Shown here one piece after another: positions 54,765 to 61,741 of a stretch of 64,000 nt of DNA (positions are counted from its first letter, which is position 1; each line of letters opens with the position of its first letter). The position numbers and the translations under genes are program-made. This stretch comes from an uncultured Gemmatimonas sp. (GTDB lineage: Bacteria > Gemmatimonadota > Gemmatimonadetes > Gemmatimonadales > GWC2-71-9), in NCBI GenBank assembly GCA_964649225.1, contig CAZYPO010000003.1:36692-100691 (forward strand). Direction: 5' to 3'. The notes under the pieces were generated by a model that was not told the DNA's origin, searched no databases, and worked only from the letters and a program-made list of their open reading frames with translations.

Positions 54765-56071
54765 ACGACGCGTACCTCCAGGCCTTCGAGCGTTTTGCCG
54801 GCAACGGTGGTGGCCAGGGGCCTGCCGCCCTGGTCGCCCGGCGGCGGGAAGCGTTCGAGCGGTTTGCCCGGGCAGGTTTCCCGACAGCAAAGGACGAGGA
54901 GTGGCGCTTCACCTCGGTGACGCCGATCGCGCGCGGGAATTGGCGGCTGGACGAGCGAGCGAGCGGCTTGGTGGTCGGGACGCAGGACCTCGAGCCCTAT
55001 CGCTTCGGTGGGGCGGAGTGGTGTACGCTCGTGTTCGTCGATGGGCAATTCGAATCCACCTTGTCTCACCGCCCGGTGCTCCCGCCGGGGGTCACGGTCG
55101 AGCCGTTCGCCGAAACCCTCGCACGGGATCCGGCGCTCATCGAGCGGGCGTATGCCCGGGTGGCCACGCCCGACGTCACTCCGTTCGCCGCGCTCAATAC
55201 CGCCTTCGCGAGGGACGGAGCGATTGTGCACGTTTCGGCTGGGGTCGAGCTCACGAAGCCCATCCACCTTCTCTACGTCACGACCGGCGCGGCCTCGGGT
55301 GCGGCGGTGCAGGTCCGCACCGTCCTCCTGATCGACCGCGGCGCCCGCGCCCAATTGGTGGAGAGCTACGCGGGTCTGGGCACGGCCGCGTCTTTCCACA
55401 ACGTCGTAACGGAGGTCGTGGTCGGTGCAGGAGCGTGGGTCGAGCATACCCGGATCCAACGCGAAAACGAGGCCGCGTACCACATCGGTCTCACCGAGGT
55501 GGAGCAGGGGAGGGACAGCCACTATCGGTCTTTCACGCTGGCAGAGGGCGGCGCGATTGCGCGGCACGATCTCCGGGCTCGACTCTCCGGCGAGAATGTC
55601 GAGACGCTGCTCTACGGGCTCTATCTTGGCCGGGGCGATCAGCTGGTGGACAACCACACTACCATTTTTCACGACCAGCCCAATTGTCGCAGCTGGGAAG
55701 TGTACAAGGGGATTCTGGACGGTAGGAGCCACGCGGTGTTCAACGGCAAGGTGTTCGTGAAGCCCGAGGCGCAGAAGACCGACGCCAAGCAGACCAACCG
55801 CAACCTGCTGCTCTCCGAGGGTGCCAAGGTCAATACCAAGCCGCAGCTCGAGATCTTTGCCGACGACGTGAAGTGCACCCACGGCGCCACGGTGGGCCGG
55901 ATCGATGAGAGCGCCTTCTTTTATCTCCAGAGCCGGGGCATTTCTCGGGCCGAGGCGCAACGGGTACTGACCTATGCTTTTGCCGCGGAAGTGGTAAACG
56001 AGGTTGCGTCGAGGCCGGTGCGCGAAGCGCTGGATCGCCTGGTGGCGGCGCGCCTGGGGATCGAGGCCTGA
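54761..56071 (+). CDS. sufD: Fe-S cluster assembly protein SufD
   Basis: ORF 54728..56071 trimmed to GTG 54761 (GTGA overlap). The C-terminal ...NRNLLLSEGAKVNTKPQLEIFADDVKCTHGATVG... is SufB/D family. Confidence 0.9.
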   Translation: MNDAYLQAFERFAGNGGGQGPAALVARRREAFERFARAGFPTAKDEEWRFTSVTPIARGNWRLDERASGLVVGTQDLEPYRFGGAEWCTLVFVDGQFESTLSHRPVLPPGVTVEPFAETLARDPALIERAYARVATPDVTPFAALNTAFARDGAIVHVSAGVELTKPIHLLYVTTGAASGAAVQVRTVLLIDRGARAQLVESYAGLGTAASFHNVVTEVVVGAGAWVEHTRIQRENEAAYHIGLTEVEQGRDSHYRSFTLAEGGAIARHDLRARLSGENVETLLYGLYLGRGDQLVDNHTTIFHDQPNCRSWEVYKGILDGRSHAVFNGKVFVKPEAQKTDAKQTNRNLLLSEGAKVNTKPQLEIFADDVKCTHGATVGRIDESAFFYLQSRGISRAEAQRVLTYAFAAEVVNEVASRPVREALDRLVAARLGIEA

Positions 56072-56078
56072 ACCCGCC

Positions 56079-57353
56079 ATGACTCCGATGGCCACCGTTC
56101 CTGCTGGGGAATCCCGGGTCGGGCGGGCGGGTACGGCGTGGGATGTCGCGCGGGTGCGGGCCGATTTTCCGATTCTCACGCGCGAAGTGAGGGGACAGCC
56201 TCTGGTCTACCTCGACAACGCCGCGACGGCCCAAAAGCCCGCCGCCGTGATCGCGGCAATGGAACACTATTACGAGACCGGCAATGCGAACGTGCACCGC
56301 GGCGTGCATGCGCTGAGCCAGGAAGCCACGCTCGAGTACGAGCGCGTGCGCGAGCTGGCCGCGAGATTCCTGGGCGCCAGCTCGACCTCCGAAATCGTCT
56401 TCACCTCCGGCACCACGGCGGCGCTCAACCTGGTCGCCCAGAGTTACGGCGGCTCGGTGCTGCAACCGGGAGACGAGATCCTGGTCACCGAAATGGAGCA
56501 CCACTCCAATCTGGTGCCCTGGCAGCTCATCGCCGAGCGGACCGGCGCTACCATCAAAGCCATCCCGGTCACCGAGTCGGGAGGCCTCGATCTCGCGGTG
56601 CTGGAAAGTCTGCTGGGGCCGCGGACCCGAATTGTGGCGGTGACCCACGCCTCGAACGTGATCGGCGCCATCAACCCGATCAACGCGATTGCCGCGATGG
56701 CCCACGAGGTGGGCGCGGTGGTGGTGGTGGACGGGGCCCAGTCCGTGCCGCATCTTCGGGTCGACGTGCAAGCGATTGACTGTGACTTTTTCGCCTGTTC
56801 CGGCCACAAACTCTACGGCCCCACGGGGATCGGCCTGCTATACGGCAAGGGTGCGTTGCTCGAGGCCATGCCGCCGTGGCAAGGCGGCGGCGGGATGATC
56901 CGTGAAGTGCAGATCGAGCGCAGCACTTACGCGCCACCGCCGGAGCGTTTCGAGGCGGGCACCCCGCCGATCGCTGAAGTCGTGGGCCTCGGAGCCGCAC
57001 TCGATTATGTGAGTAAGTGGAACTGGGAAGCCCTGGTGGCCTACGAGCAGGACATCGTGGCGGAGGCGGCGCGCAAACTTACCGGCGTACCCGGACTCCG
57101 CATTCTCGGCGAAGGTGCCGACCGGGTGAGCGTGCTGTCACTGGTGCTTGAGGGCGTTCATCCCCACGACGCCGGCACGGTGCTCGACACCCTGGGTATC
57201 GCGGTGCGAGCCGGCCATCACTGCGCTCAGCCGCTGATGCGGCGCTTCGGCGTGGCAGGGACCCTTCGCGCCTCCTTCGGCGCTTACAACACGCACGAAG
57301 AGATCGATGCCCTGGTGGAGGGGCTCGGCCGGGCCAGGAAAGTACTGGGATGA
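56079..57353 (+). CDS. sufS: Cysteine desulfurase SufS (group II)
   Basis: ORF 56004..57353 trimmed to ATG 56079. Contains ...VYLDNAATAQKP..., ...SGHKLYGPTGIG... (PLP Lys) and RAGHHCAQPL. Confidence 0.93.
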   Translation: MTPMATVPAGESRVGRAGTAWDVARVRADFPILTREVRGQPLVYLDNAATAQKPAAVIAAMEHYYETGNANVHRGVHALSQEATLEYERVRELAARFLGASSTSEIVFTSGTTAALNLVAQSYGGSVLQPGDEILVTEMEHHSNLVPWQLIAERTGATIKAIPVTESGGLDLAVLESLLGPRTRIVAVTHASNVIGAINPINAIAAMAHEVGAVVVVDGAQSVPHLRVDVQAIDCDFFACSGHKLYGPTGIGLLYGKGALLEAMPPWQGGGGMIREVQIERSTYAPPPERFEAGTPPIAEVVGLGAALDYVSKWNWEALVAYEQDIVAEAARKLTGVPGLRILGEGADRVSVLSLVLEGVHPHDAGTVLDTLGIAVRAGHHCAQPLMRRFGVAGTLRASFGAYNTHEEIDALVEGLGRARKVLG

Positions 57354-57817
57354 GCAGCGAGCTCGACGAGCTGTATCAGAGCCTCATCCTCGATCACAAC
57401 CGCACGCCGAGGAACTTCCACAAACTGGAAGGCGCAACCGCGCACGCGGAGGGACGTAATCCGCTCTGCGGCGATGCGTTCGACGTCTGGCTCAAGGTGG
57501 AAGACGAGCGAATCGTCGACGTTGCATTCCTGGGGCAGGGTTGCGCGATCTCCAAAGCCAGTGCCTCCATGATGACCCAGGCGGTGAAGGGCAAGACGGT
57601 GCAGGAGGTGAAGGATTTGTTCGAGGAATTCCATGCGCTGGTTACCGTCGGCAGTAGCAGTGGCGGTGGAACCGCCCTTCCCGCCAAACTCGAGGTGTTC
57701 AAGGGCGTGCGAGCATTTCCCATTCGCGTGAAGTGCGCGACGCTGAGCTGGCATGCGATGAAGGCAGCACTCGATAGTCGTCCAATCAACGAGGAACCAT
57801 GCCGTACAACGAAATGA
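57350..57817 (+). CDS. sufU: SUF-system Fe-S scaffold/sulfur acceptor SufU (NifU-like N-terminal domain)
   Basis: ORF 57350..57817 (ATGA overlap with sufS). Contains ...NPLCGD..., ...GQGCAISKASASMM... and ...RVKCATLSW.... Confidence 0.9.
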   Translation: MSSELDELYQSLILDHNRTPRNFHKLEGATAHAEGRNPLCGDAFDVWLKVEDERIVDVAFLGQGCAISKASASMMTQAVKGKTVQEVKDLFEEFHALVTVGSSSGGGTALPAKLEVFKGVRAFPIRVKCATLSWHAMKAALDSRPINEEPCRTTK

Positions 57818-58233
57818 TGGTGCAGCCCATGCGCGAGCAAGTCACGCGGCTGGGCGTGCAGGAGCTACGCAGCGTGGCCGAGGTGGATGCGGCGCTCGGA
57901 CCCGGTGTAGGGACCACGCTGGTATTCGTCAATTCCGTCTGCGGCTGTGCGGCCGGTGCGGCGCGGCCGGCGCTGAGTCTGGCCCTCCGGCACCCGGTCA
58001 GGCCGCGGCAACTCTTCACCGTGTTCGCAGGCCAAGACACCGACGCCGCGGCACGGGCCCGGAGCTATTTCGCGGAATACCAGCCGAGCTCTCCCTCTAT
58101 CGCCCTCCTGCGCGATGGGGAAGTAGTGCACTTCGTCCACCGGCACATGATCGAAGGACGGGGGCCGGAGGCGATCGCCGCTGACCTCACCGCTGCCTTT
58201 GATAAGCATTGCTCGAAGCAAGAAGTAGCGTGA
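57799..58233 (+). CDS. Bacilliredoxin-like protein (BrxA/BrxB, YphP/YqiW family)
   Basis: ORF 57799..58233. Contains ...YNEMMVQPMREQVTRLGVQEL...LVFVNSVCGCAAGAARPA..., with the CGC redox motif in the context typical of bacilliredoxins. Overlaps the sufU end by 19 nt. Confidence 0.8.
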   Translation: MPYNEMMVQPMREQVTRLGVQELRSVAEVDAALGPGVGTTLVFVNSVCGCAAGAARPALSLALRHPVRPRQLFTVFAGQDTDAAARARSYFAEYQPSSPSIALLRDGEVVHFVHRHMIEGRGPEAIAADLTAAFDKHCSKQEVA

Positions 58234-58517
58234 CGGTCTTCCACCCCGGTCACGAAGAGCTCCACGGCGTCACCGTCGTCGTGGAAGGCTCCTCAGGTCG
58301 GCTCTGGGTGGGCCGCTACCACGAGAGCAATGAGCGGGGAGTCGTCATGCACGACGTCGCAATCCACGACCCCGCCACCGTCGCGGTCCCGCGCGGCGTC
58401 TGGGTCGAGCGGCTTCGCAAGTTTGGCATCAGGATTGACGAGCCGTTCGTCCTCCTCCCTTTGAAGGAAGCCGGCCAGATCACCCGCCTTACCGAGTGGC
58501 ACGCCTCGCCCGGCTGA
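58230..58517 (+). CDS. Hypothetical 95-aa protein, last cistron of the suf cluster
   Basis: ORF 58209..58517 trimmed to GTG 58230 (GTGA overlap with the bacilliredoxin-like stop). No motif recognised. Confidence 0.55.
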   Translation: MTVFHPGHEELHGVTVVVEGSSGRLWVGRYHESNERGVVMHDVAIHDPATVAVPRGVWVERLRKFGIRIDEPFVLLPLKEAGQITRLTEWHASPG

Positions 58518-58542
58518 CTCCCATCGTGTCGCTCTGAGTAAC

Positions 58543-58583
58543 GTAAAGCAACCTTGACAATAAGTTAAATTGTGCTTTACCAT
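58543..58583 (+). promoter_or_regulatory. Candidate promoter TTGACA-N17/18-TACCAT bracketed by inverted repeat GTAAAGCA / TGCTTTAC
   Basis: Arms at 58543-58550 and 58573-58580; -35 at 58554-58559. Upstream of the membrane-protein/XRE operon. GGAGGG Shine-Dalgarno sequence 7 nt before ATG 58605. Confidence 0.45.
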
Positions 58584-58604
58584 GGCTCTGCGGAGGGATG
58601 AGTC

Positions 58605-59003
58605 ATGTATTGCGAGCCGAACAAGTTCAGCTGGCGGTTGGTGTGGTGGGCCATAGCTTCCGCGGTCCTGACCGTCGTCGTTTCGGCCCTTCGGAAAGCG
58701 GGGCTAATTCCGCCCGCCTTGCGGGGCATTGTGGCGTTGCTGCCGGTGGTTCCAATGGTCGGGTTTTTTCTCGGGATGCGCCGCTATCTAAAGAGTATCG
58801 ACGAGATGCAGCGTTTGATGCATCTCGAAGCACTATTCTTTCAATTCGGCGCAACCGCGGTCCTGGTGATGGCGTACGGGGCTCTCGCCAAAGCCGGGGT
58901 GCTGCCTGACCTCACCGCGGCGCAGGCAGCGAGCTACGTTTGGACCGGAACATTTTTTCTGTGGGGTGTCGGGCTTCTGGTGGTTCGACGCAAGTACGAG
59001 TGA
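58605..59003 (+). CDS. Hypothetical integral membrane protein (4 predicted TM helices)
   Basis: ORF 58605..59003. Good Shine-Dalgarno sequence and hydrophobic helices. Translationally coupled to the downstream XRE gene. Confidence 0.65.
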   Translation: MYCEPNKFSWRLVWWAIASAVLTVVVSALRKAGLIPPALRGIVALLPVVPMVGFFLGMRRYLKSIDEMQRLMHLEALFFQFGATAVLVMAYGALAKAGVLPDLTAAQAASYVWTGTFFLWGVGLLVVRRKYE

Positions 59004-59209
59004 CCAACCGCCTCAGGGTGCTCCGTGCCGAACGCGCCTGGTCTCAAGCGGAGCTGGCGGACCGGTTGGGCGTATCTCGGCAGACGGTGAACGCGATTGA
59101 AACCGGCAAGTACGATCCGAGTCTGCCACTCGCGTTCGCGATTGCCAAGCTCTTCGCTCAACCCATCGAGCAGATCTTCGATCCCAATGGAGGACGACCC
59201 CATGCGTAG
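59000..59209 (+). CDS. XRE-family helix-turn-helix transcriptional regulator (69 aa)
   Basis: ORF 58940..59209 trimmed to GTG 59000 (GTGA overlap). VTNRLRVLRAERAWSQAELADRLGVSRQTVNAIETGKYDPSLPLAFAIAKLF is a canonical Cro/C1-type HTH. Confidence 0.85.
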   Translation: MTNRLRVLRAERAWSQAELADRLGVSRQTVNAIETGKYDPSLPLAFAIAKLFAQPIEQIFDPNGGRPHA

Positions 59210-59393
59210 CCGGCTGCTCACGGTGGCAGCGATCCTTGCCGGCGCCTTGCTGACCACCATGCTGGACGGCCGGCTCTCGCTCGCCAAGATGTTGGGATGG
59301 GCGATCTTCTTCACGGGCATGCTGTGGCCCTACGTCTTCGGCCGGTCGAAGCCGCCAGCGTGCCGGCTTCCGGGTCTTTTCAGGCGGGGTTGA
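59202..59393 (+). CDS. Possible small membrane protein (63 aa)
   Basis: Frame of ORF 59097..59393 from ATG 59202 (MRSRLLTVAAILAGALLTTML...WAIFFTGMLWPYVF). 8-nt overlap with the XRE stop. Weak evidence. Confidence 0.4.
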   Translation: MRSRLLTVAAILAGALLTTMLDGRLSLAKMLGWAIFFTGMLWPYVFGRSKPPACRLPGLFRRG

Positions 59394-59463
59394 TGGAAAC
59401 CCGGCCTTGGATGTCTCCGTACGACGAGCCGACTTCTGCAGACTCTCTCGGGAGCCAGACCGC

Positions 59464-60423
59464 ATGAACAATGGCAGTGTGATCAAACTCGACCGCGTCT
59501 CCAAGCGATTCTCCGGCCATACGGCCGTGGACCAGCTCTCAATGGAGGTTCCCAAGGGAGGGATCTTCGGATTGCTGGGGCCCAATGGAGCCGGCAAGAG
59601 CACCACGATACGGATGATCATGAATATCATCACCCCCGACGAGGGGCGGATCGCGGTGCTGGGCCAGGAGTCTGCCAGTCGCGATCTGTCCGGGCGCATC
59701 GGCTTCCTGCCGGAGGAACGCGGCCTCTACAAGAAGATGAAGGTGATCGATCAACTGACCTTTCTCGGCGAGGCCAAAGGCATCGGGCGGGCGGTGGCAC
59801 GCAAGAAAGCCGGTCAGTGGCTCGAGCGGCTCGGTCTGCTCGACTGGACCATCAAGAAAGTGGAAGACCTGTCCAAAGGGATGCAGCAGAAGGTGCAGTT
59901 CATTGGAGCGCTGCTGCACGAGCCGGAGCTGCTGGTCCTGGACGAGCCCTTCAGCGGCCTCGACCCGGTCAACAGTCAGATAATGAAGGATGTGGTGGTT
60001 GATCTGGCCCGCTCAGGGCATACGGTGCTCTTCTCGACGCACATCATGGAGCAGGCCGAGAAGATGTGCGACTGGATCGTGATCATCGCGCGCGGGCGCA
60101 CGGTGGTAAATGGTGCCCTGAGTGACGTGAAGCGGGAGTTCGGCGGGCGTCACGTCGCGCTGAGCTTCACGCGAAACCGAGACCGCGCGGCGCGGATCCT
60201 GGCCGATCGCAGCCTGATCCAGAAGGTCGACGATTACGGGCCGAGCGCCGAGGTCGAGCTGGCTTCAACGGGGGACGCGGACCGCCTGCTGCGGGCGCTG
60301 GTTCAGGAAGAGGTCGGCCTCTCGCGCTTTGAAGTTGTCGAACCCTCGCTGCAATCCATTTTTATCGCCAAGGTCGGGGCCGACGCGGCTACCGCACCGG
60401 CGCGGGAGGTGGTCCATGCGTAA
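59464..60423 (+). CDS. ABC transporter ATP-binding protein (ABC-2/NatA-like subfamily)
   Basis: ORF 59407..60423 trimmed to ATG 59464. Walker A GPNGAGKST, signature LSKGMQQK, Walker B LLVLDEPFSGLD. Confidence 0.92.
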   Translation: MNNGSVIKLDRVSKRFSGHTAVDQLSMEVPKGGIFGLLGPNGAGKSTTIRMIMNIITPDEGRIAVLGQESASRDLSGRIGFLPEERGLYKKMKVIDQLTFLGEAKGIGRAVARKKAGQWLERLGLLDWTIKKVEDLSKGMQQKVQFIGALLHEPELLVLDEPFSGLDPVNSQIMKDVVVDLARSGHTVLFSTHIMEQAEKMCDWIVIIARGRTVVNGALSDVKREFGGRHVALSFTRNRDRAARILADRSLIQKVDDYGPSAEVELASTGDADRLLRALVQEEVGLSRFEVVEPSLQSIFIAKVGADAATAPAREVVHA

Positions 60424-61732
60424 GGTCTGGGCCGTCATCCGGCGGGAATTCGTGGAACGTGTTCGCACTCGCGCGTTCATCCTGAGCACACTGCTGTTCC
60501 CGCTGTTCATGGGAATTCTGGTAGTGCTCCCCGCATACCTTATGAGCCGCAGCACCGGAACCAAGGTGATCGCCCTGGTCGATGCGACGAGCGACGACCT
60601 CGGCCAGCACCTCGAGAGTGCGTTAGAGGCCGCCCGGATCGGCAAGGGTCCCGATGCCCGGCCCCGCTACACAGTGACACGCTTCCCGGCCCCGGGTCGC
60701 GCGGATCAGGTGCGTGACTCACTGGTGCCCTCCACCGGACTCTCCAGGAAAACCAGCGCCAGCTGGGATGGCATCCTGGTCGTGGGCGACTCGACTGTGC
60801 CCACCGGGAAGGCGTACTACTACGGGGCCAACGTCGCCAGCTTCGACGACATGCGCGATCTGGAGCAAACCCTCCGGCCGATGGTGATCGCCAAGCGGCT
60901 GGAAGGGGTGGGCGTGGACCTCGCAACGGTCATGAAATCGGTGCAGGGGATCGACCTGGCGACCACTAAGGTGGCCAACGGCAAGCTGACGGGCGAGAGT
61001 GGCGCGTCGACCTTTGCCCTGGCCTACGCGATGGGATTCATTCTGTACTTTTCGCTGCTGATCTTCGGAACCCAGGTGATGAGCTCGGTCATCGAGGAAA
61101 AGAACAACCGCATCGTCGAGATTCTGGCCTCGAGCCTCACTCCGTTCCAGATGATGCTCGGCAAGGTGGTCGGTGTAGGCCTGGTGGCCCTGCTGCAGAT
61201 CGGCATCTGGGTCGGGATCGCGACGTATCTCAGCGGACACCAGCAACAGCTCATGCACGCGTTCGGCGTAGCGAGCGCGGGCGGCGGGCCGGGAATCAGC
61301 CTCCCCGCGATGCAGCCTGCTCTCATGGCCGTGTTTTTCCTGTTCTTCTCGCTGGGCTTCCTGCTCTTTGCCGCGGCCTATGCGGCGGTGGGGGCCATGT
61401 GCAGCACGACTCAGGACGCGCAGCAAATGCAGATGCCAGTGATGATTTTCGTGCTGGCGGGGTTTCTCTCGACCTTTGCGCTGATGCGGGACCCGAACGG
61501 TACCGCCGCCCACGTGCTCACGTTCGTGCCGATGCTCACGCCGTTCGTCGTCCCGCTGCGCTATTCGATTTCCCCGTTGCCGCCGCTGGAGTTGCTCGCC
61601 TCGCTCGCGGTGACCGTGCTGGGCATGCTGCTGATCGTCTGGGTGGCGTCGCGGATCTACCGGATCGGCATCCTCAGCTATGGGAAGAAGGCGACGTTGC
61701 GGGACATGATCAGGTGGGTTCGCACGGCCTGA
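60416..61732 (+). CDS. ABC-2 type transporter permease (NatB-like)
   Basis: ORF 60329..61732 trimmed to ATG 60416 (MRKVWAVIRREFVERVRTRAFILSTLLFPLFM). Large extracytoplasmic loop, then 5 C-terminal TM helices. 8-nt overlap with the ATPase gene. Confidence 0.85.
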   Translation: MRKVWAVIRREFVERVRTRAFILSTLLFPLFMGILVVLPAYLMSRSTGTKVIALVDATSDDLGQHLESALEAARIGKGPDARPRYTVTRFPAPGRADQVRDSLVPSTGLSRKTSASWDGILVVGDSTVPTGKAYYYGANVASFDDMRDLEQTLRPMVIAKRLEGVGVDLATVMKSVQGIDLATTKVANGKLTGESGASTFALAYAMGFILYFSLLIFGTQVMSSVIEEKNNRIVEILASSLTPFQMMLGKVVGVGLVALLQIGIWVGIATYLSGHQQQLMHAFGVASAGGGPGISLPAMQPALMAVFFLFFSLGFLLFAAAYAAVGAMCSTTQDAQQMQMPVMIFVLAGFLSTFALMRDPNGTAAHVLTFVPMLTPFVVPLRYSISPLPPLELLASLAVTVLGMLLIVWVASRIYRIGILSYGKKATLRDMIRWVRTA

Positions 61733-61741
61733 CCAGTAGCG

